Shown here one piece after another: positions 52,776-63,173 of a stretch of DNA of 64,000 nt. The translations under genes were made by a program, and so were the position numbers. Source of the stretch: an uncultured Rhodospirillales bacterium (lineage in GTDB: Bacteria > Pseudomonadota > Alphaproteobacteria > Rhodospirillales > JAPHRK01); the NCBI GenBank assembly GCA_965368335.1, contig CBDUMN010000001.1, positions 5,219-69,218 on the forward strand. The letters are read 5' to 3'. The notes below the pieces were generated by a model. The model made no database searches, was not told the DNA's origin, and worked only from the letters and a program-made list of their open reading frames with translations. How positions within the stretch are numbered: the first letter of the stretch is position 1; every line of letters begins with the position of its first letter.

Positions 52776-53954
52776 TCAGGATTGTTCAGAAGGAGACATC
52801 TGGCCGGATTTCGTTTCGATCTCCTCCGGCACTACCGGGACTCCGTCCCGAACTTTGAGGAGACCGGCAACAATCACCTTGTCACCGTTTTTAAGGCCAG
52901 ACTTCACGAGCCAATCCTGTTCTATGGCGCGGTCCAGAGTGACACTACGGCGGGCAACTTTGTTTTCTTGCCCAACGATGTAAACAAAAGCATCACCGGA
53001 AGGCGCCCGTTGTACGGCTTTTTGCGGAATAAGGAACCCATTATCGAGTCGCCCCTGGGCAACTTCCGCACGGACGAACATACCGGGCAGCAGAACCTTA
53101 TCCGGGTTTGGAAAAACCGCCCGCAGGGTGACAGAAGATGTTCCTTCATCAACAATCACTTCAGAAAATTGGAGCTGCCCCAAATGTTTATATTGGCTCC
53201 CTACGCCATCCAGTTTGAGCGTCACAGGCACCCCATCGACAGCCTTAAGGTTTCCATCCGCTATTCGTTGTCGAATATTCAACAGCTTGGAGCTTGACTG
53301 AGTAAGATCGACATAGACAGGATCGAGTTGAGTAATCGTCGCCAGGGCCGCCACCTGATTTTTTGTTACGAGAGCCCCTTCACTGACTTCGGAACGACCT
53401 ATGAGCCCGCTAATCGGCGCCTTCACCTTGGTATAGGTCAGATTAATTTCAGCAACTTCAACCTGAGCCTCGGCGGCTGCGACAGCGGCATCCGCCTGAT
53501 CTGCGGCGGAAACGGCATCGTCATAGGCTTGACGGCTTGCCGCTTGAGTCTTAAGCAGCCTCTGGTAACGGCTGAGTTTCTTTTGAGCCAAAGCACTACT
53601 TGCTCGCGCCTTCGCCAGATCAGCCCGCGCAGCATTCAACGCAGCCTCGAAACTTTCTGCAGCAATCTGGTAAAGATTTCGACCAGCCTCGACCGTCGAG
53701 CCTTCTTCAAAAAGACGGGTTTCGATCAACCCGTCAATCTGCGGACGAACCTCAGCCTTGCGAAACGCAACGACACGCCCCGGCAAACGGTCCGTAAGCA
53801 CTACCGGGCGGGAAGTTGCGGTGATCACCGTCACAACCTGTGACGGAGGTTGTTCAACAGCCGCCCCACCTTTAGGAGAGCCATTTCCGCCTTGGTCGCA
53901 AGCCGCAAGAGCAATCGAAGTCAAAGCAATGATGTAAATCCGCAATCTGAGCAA
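52776..53954 (-). CDS. RND efflux periplasmic adaptor (membrane fusion protein)
   Basis: 392 aa with a lipobox LAAC, followed by coiled-coil hairpin and barrel regions. It lies upstream of the pump gene. Confidence 0.92.
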   Translation of the reverse strand: MLRLRIYIIALTSIALAACDQGGNGSPKGGAAVEQPPSQVVTVITATSRPVVLTDRLPGRVVAFRKAEVRPQIDGLIETRLFEEGSTVEAGRNLYQIAAESFEAALNAARADLAKARASSALAQKKLSRYQRLLKTQAASRQAYDDAVSAADQADAAVAAAEAQVEVAEINLTYTKVKAPISGLIGRSEVSEGALVTKNQVAALATITQLDPVYVDLTQSSSKLLNIRQRIADGNLKAVDGVPVTLKLDGVGSQYKHLGQLQFSEVIVDEGTSSVTLRAVFPNPDKVLLPGMFVRAEVAQGRLDNGFLIPQKAVQRAPSGDAFVYIVGQENKVARRSVTLDRAIEQDWLVKSGLKNGDKVIVAGLLKVRDGVPVVPEEIETKSGQMSPSEQS

Positions 53955-54005
53955 TACTCTAACCCCTTACTTGCCCGCACCCTTAAGATTGAAAAAGATG
54001 GAAGT

Positions 54006-54024
54006 GTACTGTATCGTACAGTAC
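54006..54024. promoter_or_regulatory. Candidate TetR-family operator in the divergent efflux/tetR promoter region
   Basis: Perfect 8-bp inverted repeat gtactgta-tcg-tacagtac. Confidence 0.6.
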
Positions 54025-54071
54025 GCTTCAGTCCGCACCGTTGCAAGCGGGAAGTTCTCTGGAGAAAAGAA

Positions 54072-54713
54072 ATGGACGACAATGACAGTGAACGACCTCT
54101 ATCGCGTGGTCAAATGAGACGTCGGGCCATGCTTGATGCCGCATGGGACGCCGTTCTCGATAAGGGTTTTTCAGGAATTACGTTGAACGACATCATAAGG
54201 CGTTCAGGAGGCTCCAGGGCCACACTATACCAAAATTTCGGCGGCAAAACCGGCCTTCTCGCGGAAATGCTGAGGGAGCGCTGCAAGGAATTCGAATCTC
54301 AACTCCAAATCTCCCTAGATACGACACGAGACCCAAGCGAGGCGCTACTTCAATTTGCCGTTACCATCGGAGAGAAACTGTCTCAAACGGAGGTTATTCG
54401 CTTCAACCACCTACTGCTTACCGAGGGTCACCACTTCCCGGATGTCGTAGAAATGTTTATGTGCCACGGCCCAAAATCCACCGAGCAGGAGCTGGCAAAA
54501 TATCTCGCCAGTCTTGCCGCCATCGGAAAACTCAAAATAGACGATCCAAACCAGGCGGCATCCCTTTTCATCGCAATGCTTGTGGGGCAATGGACCAACG
54601 GCCTCACGAACCACACCTTAAAGGACAAAAGCCTCAAAGCCTATGAAGCCGAAGTTAATCGCCGGGTTAGAGCGGCGACAACCCTGTTTCTATCGGGAGC
54701 CCTGCCTCGCTGA
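54072..54713 (+). CDS. TetR/AcrR family transcriptional repressor
   Basis: The HTH region is ITLNDIIRRSGGSRATLYQNFGGK. The ATG at 54072 is preceded by the SD ggag. It is divergent from the efflux operon. Confidence 0.9.
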   Translation: MDDNDSERPLSRGQMRRRAMLDAAWDAVLDKGFSGITLNDIIRRSGGSRATLYQNFGGKTGLLAEMLRERCKEFESQLQISLDTTRDPSEALLQFAVTIGEKLSQTEVIRFNHLLLTEGHHFPDVVEMFMCHGPKSTEQELAKYLASLAAIGKLKIDDPNQAASLFIAMLVGQWTNGLTNHTLKDKSLKAYEAEVNRRVRAATTLFLSGALPR

Positions 54714-54732
54714 GGCTTGCCAAAGGTGGACT

Positions 54733-55119
54733 TTAGACTTTGATGCCCTTTTGGTCGAGCAGCCCCCGGCTGGTTTCCTCCAGGCGGTCCAATTCACCCA
54801 GAATGCTGTCGATATCCTCACGCTGCTGTACCAAAACGGCCCGGCGCTCGGATATTTTGGTGAGAAACAACTTAAGCTGGGCGACCTCACTCGGGTCGGC
54901 ATCGTAAATATTGACCATTTCCTTGATCTCGGCCAAAGAAAAGCCGAGGCGCTTCCCCCGCATAATAAGCTTAAGGCGCACCCGGTCTCGAGCGGCATAA
55001 ATACGACGCTGGCCTTGCCGGGTCGGCGTCAACAACCCCTCATCCTCATAGTATCGGATGGTGCGGGTCGTGACCGCGAATTCTTCCGCGAGTTCGGTAA
55101 TGGAAAAAGTCTGTGCCAT
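54733..55119 (-). CDS. liuR: MerR family transcriptional regulator, LiuR-like
   Basis: 128 aa with the MerR HTH ITELAEEFAVTTRTIRYYEDEGLL. An operator copy lies directly upstream, and identical operators front ivd. Confidence 0.8.
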   Translation of the reverse strand: MAQTFSITELAEEFAVTTRTIRYYEDEGLLTPTRQGQRRIYAARDRVRLKLIMRGKRLGFSLAEIKEMVNIYDADPSEVAQLKLFLTKISERRAVLVQQREDIDSILGELDRLEETSRGLLDQKGIKV

Positions 55120-55132
55120 AGACTCAGACTAA

Positions 55133-55154
55133 TTGACGTTTACGTAAAGGTAAA
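55133..55154. promoter_or_regulatory. LiuR-type operator 3 (autoregulatory), 15 of 16 match
   Basis: ACGTTTACGTAAAGGT at 55136-55151. The minus strand reads TTTACC-17 nt-TAGTCT-6 nt-ATG of liuR. Confidence 0.65.
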
Positions 55155-55209
55155 GCAAATATCGCTCTAATGGGAAAAACTTCTCCGTCTGACGATAAGC
55201 TGATGATAC

Positions 55210-56022
55210 TCAACGCAGAACGACTTCTTCCAATCCGTGGATTCCTTCCGGCGCCGCCCCTGTTACGCAGAGCATATTCATCGAGGTCGCCTCATTGAAA
55301 ATGTCTTCTTTGTTGTTCTCGGGGTTCCTGGCGTTAAAAAGCGGTGGGCGATGCCAATAGAGACGATAACCAAACTGGGTGATCATCTTCCCGAGTTCTC
55401 GCCCTCCATCGAGCCCCGCCACATTGACGTAAAGAACCGGCTTGAAGCGCTTGATGGTCACCTCTCCCCCGACAACCACATCGCGAGCCATTTCACCCAC
55501 GTCGATCCTGATCAACTCGCATCGCGCCAGTTCCAAGGCATCGATGGTCAACATGCCGACCGGCTCACCGCGAGCATGTCCCTTGACGGAAAAAGCCCCA
55601 AAGTTGATACGCCGGGTCGGATCGAGGGTCGGCACCTTGATGCGCCCCCCCTCCAATCCGACAACCACATTGCGAGCGTAAACGTTGGTGAGACTGTTGA
55701 TGGCGATATTGGCGCATAGGGTTTGAAACAACAAGCGCTGAGGCTCAAAAGCCAAGACTGCGCCATCCGGCCCAGTCAATCGCGCCATGATGACCGAATG
55801 CACACCGGTTCCCGCCCCCACATCGACAATCACCTGACCGGCATTAATCAAACGGCGAAAAAGCTCGACCTCACCTTCTGCAAACTCGCCATATTCATGC
55901 AGCGACCGCCCAACATGGCTATCATTCTCGTTATACACGAAAGCACCATGGCGACATTTCTTCAAACGGTTGAACGGCTTGAAACCACGCGTTACGGCGC
56001 TTTCTTTCGCCTTATCGTCCAT
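55210..56022 (-). CDS. FkbM family methyltransferase
   Basis: 270 aa with the SAM-binding region VIVDVGAGTGVHS and an FkbM-like layout. Confidence 0.75.
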   Translation of the reverse strand: MDDKAKESAVTRGFKPFNRLKKCRHGAFVYNENDSHVGRSLHEYGEFAEGEVELFRRLINAGQVIVDVGAGTGVHSVIMARLTGPDGAVLAFEPQRLLFQTLCANIAINSLTNVYARNVVVGLEGGRIKVPTLDPTRRINFGAFSVKGHARGEPVGMLTIDALELARCELIRIDVGEMARDVVVGGEVTIKRFKPVLYVNVAGLDGGRELGKMITQFGYRLYWHRPPLFNARNPENNKEDIFNEATSMNMLCVTGAAPEGIHGLEEVVLR

Positions 56023-56073
56023 CGATCTTCCCCTTCGGCGAAAGCCAGTTGAGAAGTATTGTAACCTATTCTT

Positions 56074-57465
56074 CTATAAAAGGAAAAGAGCCGCAAGCCC
56101 GAGAAAGGCGAAGAACCCGACGACATCGGTAATCGTTGTCAAAAAAACGCTCGAAGCGACCGCGGGATCGATTTTCAAGCGCTCCAATGCCAAAGGAATA
56201 GCCGCTCCGGCCAAACCGGCAACAACCATATTAATGACCATAGCAGCCGCAATAACCATGGCCAGCGCCCCACTGCCAAACCACACCCAAGCCGTTACGC
56301 CTGAAAGAACGGCAAAGAGCACCCCATTGATCCCGCCGACAGTCAATTCCTTGAGAATAATACGCAGGGCGTTGGTTGAACTGACCTCCTTCATCGCCAG
56401 CGCCCGCACGGCAACGGTTAGGGTTTGGGTTCCGGCATTGCCCCCCATGGAAGCGACGATGGGCATGAGCACGGCCAGGGCGACAATCTGTTCGATTGTC
56501 GCATCGAAAAGACCAATCACCACGGATGCCACAATGGCCGTTCCCAAATTGACCAACAACCAGGTAAACCGCGCCTTCGTGGTATCGATAACGGAATCGT
56601 AAAGGTCATCCTCCGTCACCCCGCCAAGACGCATGATATCTTCTTCATGCTCCTCATCGATCACATCGACCACGTCATCGACAGTGATCACACCGACCAT
56701 ACGCCCCCCGACCCCAACGACGGGGGCGGAAACCAAGTCCCGTTGACGGAACAGAAAAGCCACCTCTTCCTGGTCGGCTTCGACCGGAATGGTTTTAAGG
56801 TTGCCCTGCATGATTTCCTGAAGTTTGGTCTCACGCGACGAACGCATGAGGTGGCTTAACGGCACCACACCCAGGGGATGATGGGCCGGATCGACAATGA
56901 AGATATTGAAGAAGCGGTCGGGTAAATTCGTCTCGCCCCGGACAAAATCGATGGTTTCGCCAACGGTCCAGAATTCAGGCGCCGCGACGAACTCCCGCTG
57001 CATCATCCGACCCGCAGAGTCTTCCGGATGGGCCAGCGCCTCTTCGATCAGGTTCCTGTTTTCCGGCGGAATAGCTTCGAGGAGCTCTTTCTTTTCGTGC
57101 TCCTCCAATTCCTCAACGACCATGACGGCGTCGTCGGTATCCAGCTCAACGACGACCTCGGCAAGTTCGCTCGTATTGAACTCGTCGAACACGTCGTCGC
57201 GAACAGCTTCGTCCAGTTCGGCAATGGCGTCGACCGGCAGATCGTCACCAAGAATGTCGATCAGTTCGTCACGTTCTTCCGGACTAATGCGCTCAATAAG
57301 GTCGGCAAGTTCGGCGTAGTGGAGATCGGCGGAAAGCTCCCTGACCTTATCGTGCTCTTTGGAGTCCAGCGCCTGAACAATATCGCGCTCGAGCTCTTCA
57401 CGAAGCTCGAGATGCCCTTCGTCAGCGCTTTCCTTTTCAGGTATGGTCTCCAGCACTTCGGTCAT
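56074..57465 (-). CDS. mgtE: Magnesium transporter MgtE
   Basis: 463 aa. An acidic N-domain and a CBS pair are followed by five C-terminal TM helices with MPIVASMGGNAGTQ. Confidence 0.95.
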   Translation of the reverse strand: MTEVLETIPEKESADEGHLELREELERDIVQALDSKEHDKVRELSADLHYAELADLIERISPEERDELIDILGDDLPVDAIAELDEAVRDDVFDEFNTSELAEVVVELDTDDAVMVVEELEEHEKKELLEAIPPENRNLIEEALAHPEDSAGRMMQREFVAAPEFWTVGETIDFVRGETNLPDRFFNIFIVDPAHHPLGVVPLSHLMRSSRETKLQEIMQGNLKTIPVEADQEEVAFLFRQRDLVSAPVVGVGGRMVGVITVDDVVDVIDEEHEEDIMRLGGVTEDDLYDSVIDTTKARFTWLLVNLGTAIVASVVIGLFDATIEQIVALAVLMPIVASMGGNAGTQTLTVAVRALAMKEVSSTNALRIILKELTVGGINGVLFAVLSGVTAWVWFGSGALAMVIAAAMVINMVVAGLAGAAIPLALERLKIDPAVASSVFLTTITDVVGFFAFLGLAALFLL

Positions 57466-57482
57466 CTACACCTTCTCTTCGC

Positions 57483-59777
57483 TCACCCCTTGATTTCCTG
57501 GTCCTTCGCCTCCAGCATCTGCGCATCGACCACAGCCAAAGCGCTGACGTTAACGATGGCCCGCACTGTTGCCGACGGCGTCATGATATGCGCCGGCTTG
57601 GCGACACCGATCAGCATGGGACCGACCGGCAATCCATCGGCCATCATCTTCACCAGATTGTAAGAGATGTTGGCCGCATCGAGCGTAGGCATGATGAGCA
57701 GGTTCGCCGCGCCTCGCAACCGCGAATTGGGGAAAATGTTGTTACGGATTTGTTCGGACAGGGCCGAATCCGAATGCATTTCCCCTTCGACTTCCAGTTT
57801 GGGCGCCCGCTCGTGCAGCATGGCAAGCGCCCGACGCATCTTGAGCGCCGATTCGTTATCCGAACTGCCGAAGTTGGAATGGCTGAGCAAAGCAACCTTG
57901 GGCTTGATGCCGAAACGCTGCATTTCCTCGGTCGCCAGCAGGGTCATCTCAACGATCTCTTCGTCCGTCGGATCGGGCGTCACATAGGTATCGCAGATGA
58001 AAAACGTTCCGTTGGAGGTGATCATCATATTCAGCGCGGCCGGTTTTTTAACCCCGTCACGCAGCCCAATGATATCCATCACATGGGCCAGGTGCTTAGG
58101 ATAACGACCCGTTGTGCCGCAGACCATGGCGTCCGCCTCGCCTCGCCGCACCAGAAGAGCGGCTACCACCGTATTGCGACCACGAACGATAGAACGCGCA
58201 GCATCAGGCGACACGCCACGCCGTTGCATGATGCGGTGATAGAGGTCGGAGAAATAATGGTAACGAGAATCGCGGGTGATCTCGACGATTTCCAAATCAT
58301 TCTCGACGGAAATCCGCAATCCCAGCTCTTCGATCTTCTTGGCGATAACGTCGCGTCGCCCAATGAGGATTGGTTGCGCTAAGCCGTCATCCAGCAGCAC
58401 CTGAACGGCCCGTAACACTCGGTCATCTTCGCCCTCAGCATAAACAACCCTTTTGGGATTCTGCTGAGCCCGTTCAAACACCGGCTTCATCGCAAGGCCC
58501 GAACGGTAAACAAACTGGATCAGTTTCTGCCTGTAGGCGGCAAAGTCTTCAATCGGCTTGGTCGCCACACCGCTTTCCATGGCCGCCTTGGCTACCGCAG
58601 GAGCAATCTCGACAATCAGGCGCGGATCGAAAGGCTTGGGAATGAGATAGTCTGCACCAAAGCTCAGTTTCTCTCCCCCATAGGCCTGAGAAACCCGTTC
58701 ATCGGCCTCGGCCATGGCGATATCGGCCAGGGCGCGCACGGCAGCCAGTTTCATCTCGTCATTGATCTGCTTTGCCCCCACATCAAGCGCACCCCGGAAA
58801 ATAAAGGGAAAGCAGAGCACGTTATTGACCTGATTGGGATAGTCCGACCGTCCGGTGCCGATCACCGCATCGGGACGGACTTCCTTAGCTTCTTCAGGCA
58901 ATATTTCAGGGGTCGGATTGGCCAAGGCCATAATGATTGGCTTATCGGCCATGGCAGCCACCATGTCCGGTTTCAGGACACCTGGGGCGGAGAGGCCCAA
59001 AAAGATATCGGCTCCTTCAATCACGTCACCCAGGGTCCGTTTATCGGTGGCCTGGGCATAGCGGGCCTTATACTTATCCATTTCTTCAGTGCGGCCCTCA
59101 TAGACCACACCGGCGATATCGGTGACGGTGATATTCTCTTTTTTGAGTCCCATCTTGACCAAGAGGTCGAGGCAAGCCAAAGCAGCCGCCCCGGCGCCCG
59201 AAGCTACCAGCTTGACCTCATCGGCTTTCTTCCCAACCACCCTGAGCGCATTGGTGACCGCCGCACTGACGATAATCGCCGTGCCGTGCTGATCATCATG
59301 AAACACCGGAATGTTCATTTTTTCACGGAGGCGTGTTTCCACCTCAAAACATTCCGGGGCCTTGATGTCTTCAAGGTTGATCCCGCCGAAGGTAGGCTCC
59401 AGGGCGGAAATGATCTCAACCAACTTATCGGGATCACGCTCGTCCAACTCGATGTCGAAAACATCAATTCCGGCAAACTTCTTAAAGAGAACGCCCTTCC
59501 CTTCCATCACCGGCTTGGCCGCTAAGGGGCCGATAGCGCCTAGACCAAGGACGGCAGTGCCGTTTGTCACGACACCCACCAGATTGCCGCGTGCGGTAAC
59601 GCTGGCCGCTTCGGCCGGATCTTCGGCAATCAATTCACATGCCACGGCCACGCCGGGCGAATAGGCCAGCGCCAAGTCACGCTGATTTGCCAACGGCTTC
59701 GTCGCCGTGACGCTGATTTTCCCTGGAACCGGAGCGCGGTGGTATTGCAGCGCCCCTTCTCGCAATTTGTCGGCCAT
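57483..59777 (-). CDS. maeB: NADP-dependent malic enzyme with C-terminal phosphotransacetylase-like domain
   Basis: From the internal ATG at 59777 the protein begins [15 protein letters not shown] malic enzyme region is followed by a PTA-like domain, about 764 aa in total. Confidence 0.93.
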   Translation of the reverse strand: MADKLREGALQYHRAPVPGKISVTATKPLANQRDLALAYSPGVAVACELIAEDPAEAASVTARGNLVGVVTNGTAVLGLGAIGPLAAKPVMEGKGVLFKKFAGIDVFDIELDERDPDKLVEIISALEPTFGGINLEDIKAPECFEVETRLREKMNIPVFHDDQHGTAIIVSAAVTNALRVVGKKADEVKLVASGAGAAALACLDLLVKMGLKKENITVTDIAGVVYEGRTEEMDKYKARYAQATDKRTLGDVIEGADIFLGLSAPGVLKPDMVAAMADKPIIMALANPTPEILPEEAKEVRPDAVIGTGRSDYPNQVNNVLCFPFIFRGALDVGAKQINDEMKLAAVRALADIAMAEADERVSQAYGGEKLSFGADYLIPKPFDPRLIVEIAPAVAKAAMESGVATKPIEDFAAYRQKLIQFVYRSGLAMKPVFERAQQNPKRVVYAEGEDDRVLRAVQVLLDDGLAQPILIGRRDVIAKKIEELGLRISVENDLEIVEITRDSRYHYFSDLYHRIMQRRGVSPDAARSIVRGRNTVVAALLVRRGEADAMVCGTTGRYPKHLAHVMDIIGLRDGVKKPAALNMMITSNGTFFICDTYVTPDPTDEEIVEMTLLATEEMQRFGIKPKVALLSHSNFGSSDNESALKMRRALAMLHERAPKLEVEGEMHSDSALSEQIRNNIFPNSRLRGAANLLIMPTLDAANISYNLVKMMADGLPVGPMLIGVAKPAHIMTPSATVRAIVNVSALAVVDAQMLEAKDQEIKG

Positions 59778-59987
59778 GCCGTGTTCTCCCGCGACAACGA
59801 TTACGCCCTCTCCATAAAGAAATGGGCGAACCGCTCCGAAGGCCAATGGCCTTCGGCGTTTCAACGTTTCCACACGACGCCGTCTTCCCCTTTGCGACGT
59901 CACCCGAAATGACTTCGGAGGCTTTTACGCCCCGCCTATAATGAACGAGGCCCGCACGTTTTGACAACGGCGGGCCTCTAAGAAACT

Positions 59988-60074
59988 TGGTGCGGTCGAG
60001 AAGACTCGAACTTCCACCCGATTGCTCGGACAGCGACCTCAACGCTGCGCGTCTACCAGTTCCGCCACGACCGC
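59988..60074 (-). tRNA. tRNA-Leu (anticodon GAG), CCA encoded
   Basis: The reverse complement is GCGGTCGTGGCGGAACTGGTAGACGCGCAGCGTTGAGGTCGCTGTCCGAGCAATCGGGTGGAAGTTCGAGTCTTCTCGACCGCACCA. The 7-bp acceptor stem is GCGGTCG/CGACCGC. The anticodon stem is CAGCG/CGCTG with loop TTGAGGT. A long variable arm and the 87-nt length fit a class II tRNA. Confidence 0.93.
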
Positions 60075-60194
60075 ATAATCCGTTTCTTAAAATCGACCGT
60101 CGGCCAGAAAGTGCTTGCCGTCGGTCGCGAAGGGGAATAGCAAATCGGGAACCGGCGATCAAGCGCCAAACGCCAAACGGACAACTATTTCTTC

Positions 60195-60830
60195 ATGCAC
60201 CCCATCGAGTGGAAAATCAGCAACGATTTACAAGACTACGAAGCGGCGGTCCAATTCATGGAAAATCGCGTGGCGGCAATCCGTGAAGGCACTGAAAAAC
60301 AAGCCGTTTGGCTACTTGAACACCCCCCGCTCTATACGGCGGGCACCAGCGCGAACAAAGCCGACCTGCTCGACCCGGATCGTTTCCCGGTCTTTGAAAC
60401 CGGACGCGGCGGCCAGTTCACCTACCACGGCCCCGGCCAACGGGTCGGCTATGTGATGCTCGACCTCAAGGGCTACGGCTCCGACGTGCGCAAATACGTC
60501 TGGATGCTCGAAGAATGGCTGATCCAAACCCTAGCCCGCTTCAACATTAAAGGCGAAAGACGGGAAGGCCGCGTCGGCATCTGGGTTGTCTCAGCCGATG
60601 GCAAGGAAAACAAGATCGCGGCCCTAGGCGTTCGAGTACGCCGCTGGGTCAGCTTCCACGGGGTCGCACTCAACGTCGATCCCGATTTGAGCCACTTCGA
60701 AGGGATTGTTCCTTGTGGGATTGCCGAACATGGCGTGACCTCGCTCGCCACGGAAGGCGTGAAAGTTTCCATGGTCGATGTGGACGCCGCGTTAAAGTCC
60801 TCCTTTGAGCACGTCTTTAAGGCCTCATAG
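60195..60830 (+). CDS. lipB: Lipoyl(octanoyl) transferase
   Basis: 211 aa with the LipB motifs [11 protein letters not shown] and [12 protein letters not shown]. Confidence 0.94.
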   Translation: MHPIEWKISNDLQDYEAAVQFMENRVAAIREGTEKQAVWLLEHPPLYTAGTSANKADLLDPDRFPVFETGRGGQFTYHGPGQRVGYVMLDLKGYGSDVRKYVWMLEEWLIQTLARFNIKGERREGRVGIWVVSADGKENKIAALGVRVRRWVSFHGVALNVDPDLSHFEGIVPCGIAEHGVTSLATEGVKVSMVDVDAALKSSFEHVFKAS

Positions 60831-61109
60831 CGTCGCCCTCTGGCGAAATCCACCTTGTTCAGGCAGAGCAGCGTCGGTCGTTTCAATATCTGTCACCACA
60901 GCCACACTCGGCCCGTCTTTACAGACTTTCAACATATCGGCCACTTTGTCCGTCGAGCCGGAAAACACGGCTTCAACCGACCCGTCCGAACGATTCCGCA
61001 CCCAACCGTTCAACCCCCGTGCCGTGGCCTGCTCGACCGTCCAGGCGCGATACCAAACCCCTTGAACCCGCCCCCTAATGCGGGCATTGACAGAAACGAT
61101 TTCAGGCAT
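60825..61109 (-). CDS. Acylphosphatase
   Basis: 94 aa with [14 protein letters not shown] and [12 protein letters not shown]. Confidence 0.9.
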   Translation of the reverse strand: MPEIVSVNARIRGRVQGVWYRAWTVEQATARGLNGWVRNRSDGSVEAVFSGSTDKVADMLKVCKDGPSVAVVTDIETTDAALPEQGGFRQRATL

Positions 61110-61130
61110 AGTACCTCCACACGATTGGAC

Positions 61131-61157
61131 AAAAAAAGGGAGCCGAAGCCCCCTTTT
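61131..61157 (-). terminator. Rho-independent terminator of pccA
   Basis: The minus strand reads aaaaggggGC-TTCG-GCtCCCtttt (10-bp stem with one G-U, UUCG loop) followed by a U-run. Confidence 0.85.
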
Positions 61158-61181
61158 CTATTCCGGTTTTCCTGAGCCCGA

Positions 61182-63173
61182 TTATTCGAACTCGAGGATA
61201 ATCTGATCGACCTTAAGGCTTTCGCCGGCAGCGGCTTCGACCGTTTTTACGGTGCCGTCTTCGGAGGCTTTCAGGACATTTTCCATCTTCATGGCTTCGA
61301 CCACGGCCAGTTCTTCGCCTGCCTTAACTTCCTGACCCGCTTCAACAGCGACGGAAACCAATACGCCCGGCATGGGCGACAGCAGGAACTTGGAAAGGTC
61401 GGGCGGCTCTTTGATCGGCATATTCTTATTGAGTTCAGCTCCACGCGGACTCAACACCAGACAATCGGCCTGGGTCCCTGCATGGGTCAAACGGTAGCCC
61501 GCCTCCAGACGGTCCACCTGGACGCAGAGGTGCTGGTTATTGATCACGGCATTGAACAACGGGTCGCCGAACTGCCAGTTGGTGCGCACTTCGTAGGGCG
61601 CGCCGTCAACCGAGACTTCATAACCGTTAAGCGCCTCATGGACGTGGGTTTCATAGCTTTCATCGCTATTGACGATAACCACCCAGTCTTCAGGAACCGT
61701 ATGGGTCGATCCTTCCATCTGGCCGCTGATCAGCATTTCACGGGCGATGGTCTTACGGTGCAGACAAGCCGCGACGGCCGCCATGCTTGCCGGGTCGTCG
61801 TGCTTGACGTCGGCGGCATTGAAACCATCGGGATATTCTTCGGCGATGAAATTGGTGGTCAGCTTGCCCGCATGGAACCGCGGATGGGCCAACAGCGCAC
61901 CGAGGAACGGAATGTTGTGGCTGACCCCGCGAATGTAAAACTCATCGAGCGCCTGCTGCATATGGTTGATCGCCGCTTCCCGGGTTGTCCCGTAGGTGAT
62001 CAGCTTGGCGATCATCGGATCGTAGAACATGGAAATCTCGCCACCTTCCTCAACGCCGGTATCGACGCGAACCAGATCGCTTTCCTTGGGCGGCATATAG
62101 CGCACCAGACGACCGGTCGAGGGGAGAAAGTTGCGGAATGGGTCTTCGGCGTAGATCCGCGATTCCATGGCCCAACCCTTGAGCTTGACGTCTTTTTGCT
62201 TAACCGTCAGTTCTTCGCCACCCGCAATACGGATCATCCATTCAACCAGATCAAGCCCGGTGATCAACTCGGTGACCGGGTGCTCCACCTGAAGGCGGGT
62301 ATTCATTTCAAGGAAGAAGAAGTTGCGGTCTTTATCGACGATAAACTCAACCGTACCGGCGGATTTATATTGCACAGCCTCGGCAAGACGCACCGCCTGC
62401 TCACCCATTTCCTTCCGCTTCTCTTCGGTCAGGAAGGGGCTCGGCGCTTCTTCGATCACCTTCTGGTGACGACGCTGGATGGAGCATTCCCGCTCACCTA
62501 AGTAAATGGTGTTGCCCTTCTTGCCGTCGGCAAGGATTTGAATTTCGATATGGCGGGGTTCTTCGATGAACTTCTCGATAAACACTCGGTCGTCGCCAAA
62601 GGACGAAATGGCTTCGTTGGTCGCCGAACGGAAACCTTCACGGCATTCACTATCGTTGTAGGCGACGCGCATGCCCTTACCGCCGCCACCGGCGGAAGCC
62701 TTGAGCATGACCGGATAGCCAATCTTGTTGGCGATCTCGACGGCCTGATCGTCGCCGCTCAGTGGCGCGGTATGGCCGGGGATCACATTGACTTTAGCCT
62801 TTTCGGCCAGCTTCTTGGACTCGATCTTATCGCCCATGGCGTTGATCGCCAGAACCTCAGGCCCGATAAAGGCGATCCCTTCCTTGGCGAGACGCTCGGC
62901 AAAAGCGGCGTTTTCGCTCAAGAAGCCATAGCCCGGATGAACGGCGTCGGCGCCGGTCTCCTTAATCGCCTTCATCACATTGTCGATGACGAGATAGCTC
63001 TCCGCCGAAGCGGCGGGACCGATGTGAACGGCTTCATCGGCCATTTCCACATGGACGGCGTCTTTGTCAGCTTCGGAATATACGGCGACCGTGGCGATAC
63101 CCATCTTCTTCGCGCTCTTGATGACGCGACAGGCGATTTCTCCGCGGTTGGCAATCAGGATCTTTTTGATCAT
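61182..63173 (-). CDS. pccA: Propionyl-CoA carboxylase alpha subunit (biotin carboxylase plus BCCP)
   Basis: From the internal ATG at 63173 the protein begins MIKKILIANRGEIACRV. The C-terminal biotinylation motif is VEAMKME, and the length is about 663 aa. The assignment to PCC rather than another acyl-CoA carboxylase rests on context (pccB is in the window and mccA is already assigned). Confidence 0.8.
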   Translation of the reverse strand: MIKKILIANRGEIACRVIKSAKKMGIATVAVYSEADKDAVHVEMADEAVHIGPAASAESYLVIDNVMKAIKETGADAVHPGYGFLSENAAFAERLAKEGIAFIGPEVLAINAMGDKIESKKLAEKAKVNVIPGHTAPLSGDDQAVEIANKIGYPVMLKASAGGGGKGMRVAYNDSECREGFRSATNEAISSFGDDRVFIEKFIEEPRHIEIQILADGKKGNTIYLGERECSIQRRHQKVIEEAPSPFLTEEKRKEMGEQAVRLAEAVQYKSAGTVEFIVDKDRNFFFLEMNTRLQVEHPVTELITGLDLVEWMIRIAGGEELTVKQKDVKLKGWAMESRIYAEDPFRNFLPSTGRLVRYMPPKESDLVRVDTGVEEGGEISMFYDPMIAKLITYGTTREAAINHMQQALDEFYIRGVSHNIPFLGALLAHPRFHAGKLTTNFIAEEYPDGFNAADVKHDDPASMAAVAACLHRKTIAREMLISGQMEGSTHTVPEDWVVIVNSDESYETHVHEALNGYEVSVDGAPYEVRTNWQFGDPLFNAVINNQHLCVQVDRLEAGYRLTHAGTQADCLVLSPRGAELNKNMPIKEPPDLSKFLLSPMPGVLVSVAVEAGQEVKAGEELAVVEAMKMENVLKASEDGTVKTVEAAAGESLKVDQIILEFE

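Noticed and set aside
57483-59903. N-terminal extensions in tracked ORFs: maeB +42 aa, mccA +24 aa, pccA +14 aa, galU +32 aa, pgm +26 aa, ACAD +21 aa, the FAD oxidoreductase +54 aa and tetR +74 aa.
   Set aside because: In each case the conserved family N-terminus begins at an internal Met, preceded by an SD-like sequence or abutting the upstream stop codon. The extensions are basic or low-complexity read-through of intergenic DNA. Coordinates were trimmed accordingly.
59677-60162. 161-aa minus-strand ORF covering the maeB 5' end, the tRNA-Leu and the lipB upstream region.
   Set aside because: It overlaps a well-formed tRNA on the same strand, and its Arg-rich translation has no coding signal. 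It is an artefact of open frames.
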